DNA from: an uncultured bacterium
GTDB lineage: Bacteria > Zixibacteria > MSB-5A5 > JAABVY01 > JAHJOQ01
Assembly: GCA_965369655.1 (NCBI GenBank)
Contig: CBDUQR010000013.1
Span: forward strand, 1-62,153
Length of the DNA: 62,153 nucleotides
Direction: 5' to 3'
Made by a program: the position numbers and the translations under genes. A model generated the notes under the pieces. That model was not told where the DNA came from. It did not search any database and was given only the letters and a program-made list of their open reading frames with translations. Positions 1-8,741 of the stretch are shown here, piece after piece. Position 1 is the first letter of the stretch. Each line of letters starts with the position of its first letter.

Positions 1-206
1 AGCGACTGCAAACACTATCTTCTTAACATGTCCGTTATAGCGGGGGAAGATCAATCCTGGCTTAGGCGGCTTCGGTTCGCTTTCCAAACAAGCACTTAAT
101 CTCCAACCATAGCGCAATCGCATCTCATTGTATTTCAGCATAATAGGGGGTTGAACGGCCCCCTATGCCACCTGAATTGGCAGCTTAGTATGTGTGACTG
201 ATTACC

Positions 207-222
207 TGGCAAGTCGATTGCT
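207..222 (+). promoter_or_regulatory. sigma54 (-24/-12) promoter of the redox/glutamate synthase operon
   Basis: TGGCAAGTCGATTGCT matches TGGCACG-N4-TTGCW with exact GG-N10-GC spacing. Confidence 0.7.
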
Positions 223-309
223 AAATGCAAGACCTGAGGAGTCCTTTCACGCTGACAAAGAGCTATGACAAGGACTTGCTTACTCAAGCAATGATGAGGG
301 AGGAATAAA

Positions 310-405
310 TTGAGAGCTCGCATCACTCACTCCAAGCCGAGGAAATACCCTAAACCTCGGACCGGGCTTTTCGGAGATATGTCCTCCCTTTTCAAAAAAA
401 CATAA
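310..405 (+). CDS. putative 31-aa leader/small ORF (MRARITHSKPRKYPKPRTGLFGDMSSLFKKT)
   Basis: GGGAGG SD at ~298-303, TTG start at 310, TAA at 403-405; below ORF-track cutoff. Confidence 0.3.
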   Translation: MRARITHSKPRKYPKPRTGLFGDMSSLFKKT

Positions 406-438
406 TCAGTTTAGGAACAAGACACTGGAAGGTTTGTC

Positions 439-735
439 ATGTTGAGCGTAAGTAAAATCAGTTCGGTTGGTCTCTGTTCGACTTGCAATAATTCGACTTC
501 GTGTGTATATAGGAAGAAACGTGGGATGGATGCCATCTACTGCGAGATGTTTGATGGCTATGCTCTGCCGGAAAGCAGGGATAATGGAGATCATGATAAA
601 GAGACAGCGTTACCGACGACAGAGACAACAGTACAGTCAAATTTCAAAGGACTTTGCATCAACTGCGATAACAGGGACTTCTGTACTCTTCCACGACCAG
701 AAGGGGGTGTGTGGCACTGTGAGGAGTACTGTTAG
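439..735 (+). CDS. small Cys-rich protein with two CxxC-x5-C-x11-C repeats
   Basis: LCSTCNNSTSCVY...IYCEMF and LCINCDNRDFCTL...WHCEEY; first gene of operon. Confidence 0.75.
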   Translation: MLSVSKISSVGLCSTCNNSTSCVYRKKRGMDAIYCEMFDGYALPESRDNGDHDKETALPTTETTVQSNFKGLCINCDNRDFCTLPRPEGGVWHCEEYC

Positions 736-780
736 TCCGTTTCGCGGATGTCTGACCACTCAAGAATAGGAAATCTTAAA

Positions 781-1632
781 ATGAACTCCCAAGAGAACGA
801 ATCTGTTGTTGCTAATGCTATAGATAATTACGGTGGATTGATAGCGGTCCTTGAAGAGATTCAGGCCAAGTATGGATATTTGCCAGAGAAAGTCTTGCGC
901 GAAGTATCGGAGGAAACCGGGCGCTCGCTGGTTGACATATATGGAGTCGCGACGTTTTACAGAGCGTTCAGCCTGGAACCTCGTGGCAAGCATCTCGTTT
1001 CGGCATGTCTTGGGACGGCCTGTCACGTGCGCGGCGGGCCGGCAATCGCAAAGGAGATCGAGCGTCAGCTCGGCATCAGAGCTGGCGAGACAACTGCGGA
1101 TAAGGAGTTCACTTTCGAGACTGTGAATTGCCTCGGTGCATGTGCCTTAGGTCCTGTCATTGTTGTCGATGGCCATTACTTTCCCAAGGTGAAAACTTCC
1201 CAGATCACTGATATCCTCAGGAAAGCCAGCGAAGGCATCGACAAGATCGAAGTTGAAACCGACCAGCGAGTCTTCCCACTTGATGTGAGTTGTGCTCGCT
1301 GCAATCACAGTCTGATGGACCCTCGACACATTATTGATGGTCATCCTCCCATTCGCATAACAGTTTCATTTGAGGATAAACATGGCTGGATGACTCTGTC
1401 CAGCCTTTATGGCAGTTATCAAGTGGATTGCGAGTATACGATTCCTCCTGATACCATCGTTCACGTGTTCTGTCCTCATTGCCATGCTGAGCTGATAGGT
1501 GGCGCAAAATGTCCGGAGTGTGCAGCTCCAATGATTCCGATGATTGTTCGTGGTGGCGGTGTAGTTCAGATATGCAGCCGAAGAGGATGCAAAGGACATA
1601 TCCTGGACCTTGGTGGAGCATCAATTGATTGA
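781..1632 (+). CDS. NuoE/HydC-like [2Fe-2S] subunit with C-terminal Cys-rich domain
   Basis: GVATFY, CLGTACHVRG, NCLGACALGP motifs; extra CxxC motifs in the C-terminal ~115 aa; alternative start 748. Confidence 0.9.
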   Translation: MNSQENESVVANAIDNYGGLIAVLEEIQAKYGYLPEKVLREVSEETGRSLVDIYGVATFYRAFSLEPRGKHLVSACLGTACHVRGGPAIAKEIERQLGIRAGETTADKEFTFETVNCLGACALGPVIVVDGHYFPKVKTSQITDILRKASEGIDKIEVETDQRVFPLDVSCARCNHSLMDPRHIIDGHPPIRITVSFEDKHGWMTLSSLYGSYQVDCEYTIPPDTIVHVFCPHCHAELIGGAKCPECAAPMIPMIVRGGGVVQICSRRGCKGHILDLGGASID

Positions 1633-1667
1633 CCCGCGAATGACTTGCGAGCAGGAGAGAAGGAAAA

Positions 1668-4600
1668 ATGGAAAAGTCCTTATCAGTTAAGGAATTCAGC
1701 AGATTTCGTCAGCGTATACTGAGCGAAAGAGACACGGAATACGATAAACCTACACTCGTAATATGCGCTGGTACAGGTGGACTAGCCAGCGGATCCAACG
1801 ACGTCATTCGCGTGATCAAGCGGTACATCCTGGAAAGGAGCATGCAATACAAGATACAGCTTCGGATAACGGGGTGCCAGGGATTTTGCGAGATGGACCC
1901 GTTTATTCTTGTAGAGCCCGGGAGACAACTGTATCCAAAACTGAAGATGGAAGATGTGCCTCGAGTGATCGAAGCAGCAGTCGGAGGCTATATCGTCGAT
2001 GAATTGATTTACAAAGATTCACGCGATCAAAAATGCTATCACTGTCAGAACGATATTCCCTTCTTTGGGAAGCAGACACGGACTATCCTGGGAAACAACG
2101 AGCATCTGGACCCAATTAGAATATTCAACTACATCGAAGTAGGTGGTTACTCGGCGTTGGAGAAGGTTCTGAGTAGCCCTGATCCTGACCGTATCATCGA
2201 AGAGGTCAAGAAATCACAGATCAGAGGCCGTGGAGGTGCTGGTTTCCCCACTGGCAAGAAGTGGGAGCTTGCCAGAGCTTCGAAGAGCCCGGATGGACAG
2301 AAGTTCATCGTCTGCAATGCTGATGAAGGCGATCCGGGTGCGTACATGGACAGGAGTCTTCTGGAGGGTAATCCGCATGTAATCATCGAGGGGATGATAA
2401 TAGCTGGTATTGCTATCGGAGCTACTCAGGGTCTCATCTATGTACGAAGTGAATATCCCCTGGCAATCAAGCATGCATTGATTGCTTTGCGACAAGCCCG
2501 TGATATGGGCATTCTCGGAGAGAATATCTTAGGCACTGGCATTGACTTCGATATAGAAGTGGTCAGAGGCGCCGGAGCATTCGTCTGCGGAGAAGAGACT
2601 GCTCTGATCAAGTCGATCGAGGGGTTCATGGGCGAGCCCAGACAGCGCCCGCCATATCCGATAGAGAAAGGCATAAGAAATCGGCCAACGTGCATAAACA
2701 ATGTCGAAACATTAGCCAATATACCTGTCATCATTGACAAGGGCGCAGAGGAGTATATCAAGGTAGGGGTTCCGGGAAATACGGGGACCAAGATATTCTC
2801 GCTCGTCGGAAAGATACGAAACACGGGACTGGTTGAAGTTCCTCTTGGCATGAAGATAAGCGAAGTGGTCTATGACATAGGCGGCGGAGCTGTCGGCAAG
2901 GCCAGGATCAAGGCCGTACAGACCGGCGGTCCTTCGGGAGGATGTATCCCCGCCAGTATGTTCGATATGCCGATAGACTATGACAGCTTGGCGGAGGCAG
3001 GCTCCATCATGGGTTCCGGCGGCATGATCGTCATGGACGAAAACACGTGCATGGTTGATATGGCGAAGTATTTCATGAGTTTTCTGAAAGACGAATCCTG
3101 CGGGAAATGCTTCACCTGCCGCAAGGGAACTCAGCGGATGTATGAGATACTTGATGACATATCAAAGGGCAAAGCGACGCTGAAAGATCTGGATCTTTTG
3201 GAAGAGCTCGCTTATGCGGTCAAAGACACTACCATGTGTGGTCTCGGGCAGTCGGCTCCGAATCCAGTGCTCAGTACCTTAAGATATTTCCGAAAGGAAT
3301 ATGAACGACACATAGTAGATAAGAGATGTGATGCGTTTGTGTGCAAGGACCTGGTCGGGGCGCCGTGCCAGTCCGCATGTCCGGTGGGGACACAAGCCTG
3401 GCGTTACGTCGCTCACATAGCTCGCAACGAGTATGAAGAGGCTTACAGTGTAATACGGGAAGCGAATCCATTCCCGTCGGTATGTGCTCGCGTGTGCGAC
3501 CACCTTTGTGAGGAAAGATGTCGCCTTGGAACGAGCGGCGATGATCCTGTGGCAATACGAGCGCTGAAACGCTTCGTGACTGATCGGATTGATCCATCGA
3601 CCTATGTACCTGCCAGAAAACCATGGCCATCCGATAGTCCTCCTTCCGTCGCGGTTATCGGTTCCGGCCCGGCTGGATTGACTACTGCTCATTATCTCTC
3701 GCTGCATGGGTGTAAGGTTACGGTCTTTGAGGCAGAGAGCGAACCCGGCGGAATGCTCTACTGTGCCATACCTTCATACAGATTGCCGCGCGATATTATC
3801 AGGAAGGAGATCGAGAGCCTGCTTGACGAGAATGTAACACTCAAGTGTAACAGCGCACTGGGACGGGATTTCACTGTTGCAAAGTTGCTCGATGGTGGTT
3901 ACAGTGCGGTTCTGCTTGCCATGGGAGCTCACAAGAGTCGGCCGCTCCAGCTTGAGAACGAAGATGCTGACGGCATATATCCTTCTATCGAATTCCTGAA
4001 AGCGTTCAATCTCAGGGACGAGCAACTTGCCAAAGGTCGCGTTGGCGTAATCGGAGGAGGAAACTCTGCGATTGACGCCGCACGGATGGCAACGCGACAG
4101 AAAGATGTTGACAGCGTAGCTATCCTCTACCGAAGGACTCGCGAAGAGATGCCGGCATTTTCCGAAGAGATCGAGGCTGCGGAGCAGGAAGGTGTGGAGA
4201 TCAAGACGCTGTTGACTCCAAGGAAAGTCCTGACGACAAAGGGTCATCTCTCCGCTCTGGAATGCGTCAGGAATGAGTTGGGTGACACCGATTCGAGCGG
4301 GCGGCGCAGACCGGTTCCGATTGAGGACACTGAACACACAATCGAACTCGACACCCTGATTGTGGCAATAAGTGAAGACAGCGGTACGGACTGCATATCT
4401 CCGGCCAAGTCAAGTGGAATCGAGATTACCAAGTGGAATACTGTTCAGATCGATGCCAAAACCATGCAGACGAACAAGGCAGGAGTGTTTGCAGCAGGCG
4501 ATGTTACGACTGGTCCCAATACTGTTATCGAAGCAATAGCAGCCGGCAAGAAAGCGGCATTCATGATTGAAAGGTATCTCCTGGGAGGAGAGCTGGCCCA

Positions 4601-4862
4601 ACCCGTTGAGCCGACCTTGCCGAAAGTCTATGTCGAGCCTGCAAGTGCGGACATGGTCGAAGCACAGGAAGGCGGTCGGGTCGAGACGCCCCGCGCATCG
4701 GTTGATTGGAGAAAGCGGAATTTCGCAGAAGTTGAGGTATCTTTGTCTGCTCAGGAGGCTACTCGCGAAGCCTGCAGATGCCTCAGATGCGATCTGGAGT
4801 TTACCAAGCCCAAAGAGAGCGAAGAGCAACATGCCGAACCGGCAGCCGTCGGAGGTAAGTGA
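1668..4862 (+). CDS. NuoF/HydB-like FMN/NADH subunit fused to a GltD-like FAD/NADPH oxidoreductase domain
   Basis: RGRGGAGFPTG, ADEGDPG, GAGAFVCGEET, GGPSGG, ESCGKCFTCRKG; then APCQSACP, CARVCDHLCEERC, GSGPAG, GGGNSAID, YRR, FAAGD. Confidence 0.92.
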   Translation: MEKSLSVKEFSRFRQRILSERDTEYDKPTLVICAGTGGLASGSNDVIRVIKRYILERSMQYKIQLRITGCQGFCEMDPFILVEPGRQLYPKLKMEDVPRVIEAAVGGYIVDELIYKDSRDQKCYHCQNDIPFFGKQTRTILGNNEHLDPIRIFNYIEVGGYSALEKVLSSPDPDRIIEEVKKSQIRGRGGAGFPTGKKWELARASKSPDGQKFIVCNADEGDPGAYMDRSLLEGNPHVIIEGMIIAGIAIGATQGLIYVRSEYPLAIKHALIALRQARDMGILGENILGTGIDFDIEVVRGAGAFVCGEETALIKSIEGFMGEPRQRPPYPIEKGIRNRPTCINNVETLANIPVIIDKGAEEYIKVGVPGNTGTKIFSLVGKIRNTGLVEVPLGMKISEVVYDIGGGAVGKARIKAVQTGGPSGGCIPASMFDMPIDYDSLAEAGSIMGSGGMIVMDENTCMVDMAKYFMSFLKDESCGKCFTCRKGTQRMYEILDDISKGKATLKDLDLLEELAYAVKDTTMCGLGQSAPNPVLSTLRYFRKEYERHIVDKRCDAFVCKDLVGAPCQSACPVGTQAWRYVAHIARNEYEEAYSVIREANPFPSVCARVCDHLCEERCRLGTSGDDPVAIRALKRFVTDRIDPSTYVPARKPWPSDSPPSVAVIGSGPAGLTTAHYLSLHGCKVTVFEAESEPGGMLYCAIPSYRLPRDIIRKEIESLLDENVTLKCNSALGRDFTVAKLLDGGYSAVLLAMGAHKSRPLQLENEDADGIYPSIEFLKAFNLRDEQLAKGRVGVIGGGNSAIDAARMATRQKDVDSVAILYRRTREEMPAFSEEIEAAEQEGVEIKTLLTPRKVLTTKGHLSALECVRNELGDTDSSGRRRPVPIEDTEHTIELDTLIVAISEDSGTDCISPAKSSGIEITKWNTVQIDAKTMQTNKAGVFAAGDVTTGPNTVIEAIAAGKKAAFMIERYLLGGELAQPVEPTLPKVYVEPASADMVEAQEGGRVETPRASVDWRKRNFAEVEVSLSAQEATREACRCLRCDLEFTKPKESEEQHAEPAAVGGK

Positions 4863-4864
4863 GA

Positions 4865-5542
4865 ATGATCACACTCAAGATTAATGGTCTCAAGGTCACT
4901 GTCGAACCGGGCACCACTCTACTCGAAGCTGCAAAATATGTCGGATTTCCCATTCCGACGTTATGCCACATGGAGGGACTTTCGCCGTACGGGGCGTGCA
5001 GGTTGTGCGTCGTTGAAATAGGAGAAGGCTCAAGGTCCCGACTGGTATCTTCCTGCACTTATCCGGTCGAGGAGGGTCTGGTAGTTCGCACAGCCTCTTC
5101 ACGCGTTTTGAGAGCTCGCAGGATGGTAATAGAGCTGCACCTCGCTTCATGTCCACAGTCAAAAGTGATCCAGGACCTGGCCGCGAAGCATGGCGTCCAT
5201 CAGCAGCGATTCCATCAGGAATACGAAGACTGCATCCTGTGCGGACTATGCGTTCGGATGTGCGAAGAACAGATGATGGCGAAGGCAATAGGATTCAGGG
5301 GACGTGGAGAGAATCGCAGCATCGGGACGCCATTTGATATCCAGTCGGATGTTTGCAGATTGTGCGGTGGCTGCATTTATGTCTGCCCCGCTTGCACTCT
5401 CAGGTGTACATACAATGAACCCGAGAAGGCGGTCTGCGGCGCGTGCGCAAACCTGCGGCCCCCATGTGTTGAAAAAGATGAATTTGATGATATGATGTGT
5501 TACATGGACCCATGTGTTGCATGTGAGATAAAGAAAAACTGA
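4865..5542 (+). CDS. NuoG/HydA N-terminal-like Fe-S subunit ([2Fe-2S] + 2x[4Fe-4S]) with Cys-rich tail and no catalytic domain
   Basis: IPTLCH, GACRLCVVE, SC; CILCGLCVRMC and CRLCGGCIYVCP. Confidence 0.88.
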   Translation: MITLKINGLKVTVEPGTTLLEAAKYVGFPIPTLCHMEGLSPYGACRLCVVEIGEGSRSRLVSSCTYPVEEGLVVRTASSRVLRARRMVIELHLASCPQSKVIQDLAAKHGVHQQRFHQEYEDCILCGLCVRMCEEQMMAKAIGFRGRGENRSIGTPFDIQSDVCRLCGGCIYVCPACTLRCTYNEPEKAVCGACANLRPPCVEKDEFDDMMCYMDPCVACEIKKN

Positions 5543-5564
5543 ATTTGCTAACGGAGGAAGAGGG

Positions 5565-7154
5565 ATGTCAATTACGCTCTCAAAAATAAACGCTACCGCC
5601 GCAACCCTCACAAAGAATCGGACGGAAGGATCGGTTTGTCCCAACTCGGGAATGTGTGTTACGTGCGTGGATGGCTGCATCGGGATGTGCGAAATCGGCA
5701 AGTCGGCCTACAGAGGTCACGAAGTAATCTATCCGCAACCATTCGGTGTCATCACGACAGCTTCTGAAAAGACCTACCCGGTAGACTATTCTCACTTTAA
5801 CATAATGGGAACTGCCGTCGGAGCGAAGGGCATCAAGGCCGACAGCGATGTAGCAATCTTTCCGAACGTCAACCTTGAAGTGGCTTTTGGTCGGGATAAG
5901 GGCTTGAAATACCGTCTCCCGCTGATTATTCCAGGGATAGGATCTACGGACATTGCAAAGAATAACTGGGAAGGCCTGGCGATAGGGACCGCTCTTGCGG
6001 GAACCGGCCTGACAATCGGCGAGAACGTCGTTGGAATGGACCCCGAGGCGACTTTCAAGAATGGTCGTGTAGTCGATACGGTGGACCTCAAGCGACGGGT
6101 GAAGCTGTTCACGGACCATCAGCGTGACGGATACGGCGCAATCATTGTGCAGGCGAACATAGAGGACACGCGACTCGGCGTGCAGGAGTACGCGATCGAG
6201 AAGCTTGGCGTAAAAATTGTCGAGATGAAGTGGGGTCAGGGCGCGAAAGATATCGGGGGCGAGGTGAAGGTCAAGAGCCTCAAGAAAGCCCAGATGCTCT
6301 ATGACCGGGGATATGTGGTGCTGCCCGATCCGACAGACCCTGATGTAATCAAGGCTTTCGAACGCGGGGCTTTCAAGGAGTTCGAGAGACATTCTCGTGT
6401 TGGGATGGTCGAAGAGGAAGCCTTTGCCAAACGAGCCGAAGAATTGCGCGCTGCAGGAGCAAAATACGTGTCGTTGAAGACTGGCGCGTATACCCCGGCG
6501 GATCTTGCACGGGCGATTAAGTTCTCTTCAAAGTATGGTATTGACTATCTGACGGTTGATGGCGCCGGGGGTGGCACCGGCATGAGTCCGTGGAGAATGA
6601 TGAACGAATGGGGAGTTCCTCCTGTTGAGTTGCATTCGCTGCTCTACCAATATGCGAAGCGCCTCGCAGACAAAGGAGAGTATGTACCTGATCTCATTCC
6701 GGCGGGTGGGTTCACTTTCGAGGATCAGATGTTCAAGGGATTGGCTCTGGGTGCTCCTTATGTGAAACTCATCGGAATGGCACGCAGTCCGATTGCAGCA
6801 GCGATGGTTGGAAAGACCATTGGAGCGGCTGTCAAGGCCTACGAGTTACCGGTATATATCGAGCGTTTTGGTACCAGTCTTGACGAGATATTCGTCACGT
6901 CGGGCGAACTTCGAAAGGAACTCGGAGACAAGGAATTCGAAGCTCTGCCAGCCGGTGCAATCGGCTTGTACACTTACTACGAGCGTCTTGCCCAGGGACT
7001 GAAGCAGCTTATGTGCGGCAGCCGTAAGTTCAGCCTTGAGTACATTGAAAGAACCGACATCGCAGCCCTGACGCACGAAGCGGCTGAAATAAGCGGCATT
7101 CAGTATATCATGGACGCAACAAAAGATGAGGTCGACACGATTCTCGATAGCTGA
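5565..7154 (+). CDS. FMN-binding glutamate synthase family protein (stand-alone synthase-type domain)
   Basis: EMKWGQGAKDIGG, DGAGGGTG, KGLALGA motifs; N-terminal CPNSGMCVTCVDGCIGMC. Confidence 0.85.
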   Translation: MSITLSKINATAATLTKNRTEGSVCPNSGMCVTCVDGCIGMCEIGKSAYRGHEVIYPQPFGVITTASEKTYPVDYSHFNIMGTAVGAKGIKADSDVAIFPNVNLEVAFGRDKGLKYRLPLIIPGIGSTDIAKNNWEGLAIGTALAGTGLTIGENVVGMDPEATFKNGRVVDTVDLKRRVKLFTDHQRDGYGAIIVQANIEDTRLGVQEYAIEKLGVKIVEMKWGQGAKDIGGEVKVKSLKKAQMLYDRGYVVLPDPTDPDVIKAFERGAFKEFERHSRVGMVEEEAFAKRAEELRAAGAKYVSLKTGAYTPADLARAIKFSSKYGIDYLTVDGAGGGTGMSPWRMMNEWGVPPVELHSLLYQYAKRLADKGEYVPDLIPAGGFTFEDQMFKGLALGAPYVKLIGMARSPIAAAMVGKTIGAAVKAYELPVYIERFGTSLDEIFVTSGELRKELGDKEFEALPAGAIGLYTYYERLAQGLKQLMCGSRKFSLEYIERTDIAALTHEAAEISGIQYIMDATKDEVDTILDS

Positions 7155-7345
7155 GTTGAGATAATGTGAATTATTCAACTCTAACAAGAGCTTGAGCAAG
7201 GAGTGTGCTCTGGGAACTGAAGAAGCTGCCGGTTCGAAGATAGCTCCTGAATAGTGGAATGACTGGCACTATCAGGCTGTCCTCCTTCGGATGGATGTTG
7301 ATATTGAGGTAAACCCACCCGACGCTGCGCTTTGGATGGGCTACC

Positions 7346-7582
7346 GGCTACCCGAACCAATTCAACCCACTGACTGATATCACGATACATCTACCTGAAG
7401 AGATGGAGTGGAAACTCGAGATCTACAACATTATGGGACAGATGGTTGAGAGCTTCTCGGGTCGTGATGTCGGCGAGGTGACCGTGACCTGGGATGCCAC
7501 GACCAAAGCTTCCGGCATGTATTTCTACAAAGCTACGGCAGGAGATTACGCTGAAACCAGAAAGATGGTGCTGATGAAATAG
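7346..7582 (+). pseudogene. orphan T9SS type A/FlgD-like C-terminal sorting domain remnant
   Basis: Manual translation GYPNQFNPLTDITIHLPEEMEWKLEIYNIMGQMV...WDATTKASGMYFYKATAGDYAETRKMVLMK*; in-frame stop at 7310-7312 upstream. Confidence 0.75.
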
Positions 7583-7592
7583 ACTTCATATC

Positions 7593-7626
7593 ACGGGGCT
7601 GCTGCAATGGCAGCCCCGTCGCTTTT
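7593..7626 (+). terminator. intrinsic terminator-like hairpin
   Basis: ACGGGGCTGC-N7-GCAGCCCCGT followed by CGCTTTT. Confidence 0.6.
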
Positions 7627-7925
7627 CTGGTAGAGCTTTACACATTGCTCACTTCAATCTACGCCTATTATCATTTGATCAAATCGAGATTCTGCATACA
7701 CAAAGTCGAGCATAGTTTCATACGGGGAGATTGCAATGGATCGAGCAATATCGACATCGATACCGTATGCATAATGCAGGAATCTTCACCGCTGTGTGTG
7801 ACATAAGAAAAGCGCCGGAGTTGCCCCCAGCGCAATTCTGACGACATCCTGTCCTGTGGCTGATTGTGCCCCTGCTGCCCAGTGTCGTCTGTTCGTGAAA
7901 TCGATGCGGCTAACGCCCCATGTGA

Positions 7926-8696
7926 TTAGCCCTGTACCAGCCCCAGCACCGATTTCGACATCAGGTTGCCTTGCGCAAGCAGAGCAGTGCCGATATTGAC
8001 CTTCAACTTCTGCGCAACAAGCTCGGTCTGAAGCTTCGCCATGTCTGCATCCCTAATTACCGATTCCGATTCAGTCAAATTCTGATGAGTGACAGCCAGG
8101 TTCCTGCGCATGGACTGAACCTCGTACGCAGATTTCGCACCAAGTTTGCCATGGACACTGTGCAGCTCAGCAAGCTTGTCATCAATCTTTTCGACAGCCT
8201 GCTGCGCCTGCTCGGGATCCGACAGATCGAACGTCGAGAGTTCATCGATATCCGCGACACTCCCCTCGGAGCCATCGAACAGTTCAGTATTTCCGAACGA
8301 GGCCTCATCAGCTATCCGGTTGACCGACCGGACAGTGTCATTCATAACCGACTCATACGTCTCGATCATGCTCTCGTCGGCATAACCGGTCGACAATGCA
8401 GCGACTGCCACCTCGCGCATATTGATGAGCTGCTCCTCCATCTGCATCAGGTGGGAATCGGCAGTCCTGTTTTTCGCGAGAACTAAGTCGAGATTTGTGA
8501 TCTCCTTCGCGATCGACCCGATCTGGGCACGCATATTCTCCGATATGACCAACCCTGCAGGGTCATCCGATGCCCTGTTAATCTTCTCCCCGGAAGACAA
8601 CTTCTCCATTGTCTTCCTCATCGACCTGTGCATGGTCGACAGATTGCGAACGGTGTTCAGAGTCCCCAGATTTGTGTTAATTGACAATCCCATCAT
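7926..8696 (-). CDS. minimal flagellin-family protein (D0/D1 only)
   Basis: INTN...LSSGEKINRASDDPAGLVISE N-terminus; SESVIRDADMA...ALLAQGN C-terminus; 256 aa. Confidence 0.88.
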   Translation of the reverse strand: MMGLSINTNLGTLNTVRNLSTMHRSMRKTMEKLSSGEKINRASDDPAGLVISENMRAQIGSIAKEITNLDLVLAKNRTADSHLMQMEEQLINMREVAVAALSTGYADESMIETYESVMNDTVRSVNRIADEASFGNTELFDGSEGSVADIDELSTFDLSDPEQAQQAVEKIDDKLAELHSVHGKLGAKSAYEVQSMRRNLAVTHQNLTESESVIRDADMAKLQTELVAQKLKVNIGTALLAQGNLMSKSVLGLVQG

Positions 8697-8725
8697 ACCG
8701 GAGTCCTCCTTCTGACGGATTACGT

Positions 8726-8741
8726 TGCAAGATAGATGCCC
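8726..8741 (-). promoter_or_regulatory. sigma54-type promoter of flagellin gene
   Basis: Minus strand GGGCATCTATCTTGCA (GG-N10-GC) just upstream of AAGGAGGA SD. Confidence 0.55.

Noticed and set aside
143-166. Hairpin ATAGGGGGT...GCCCCCTAT upstream of the sigma54 box
   Set aside because: No T-tract and no recognisable operator consensus; function cannot be assigned
234-438. Known riboswitch (glutamine, glycine, SAM, T-box) in the leader
   Set aside because: No conserved core motif recognised by eye; needs an Rfam covariance search
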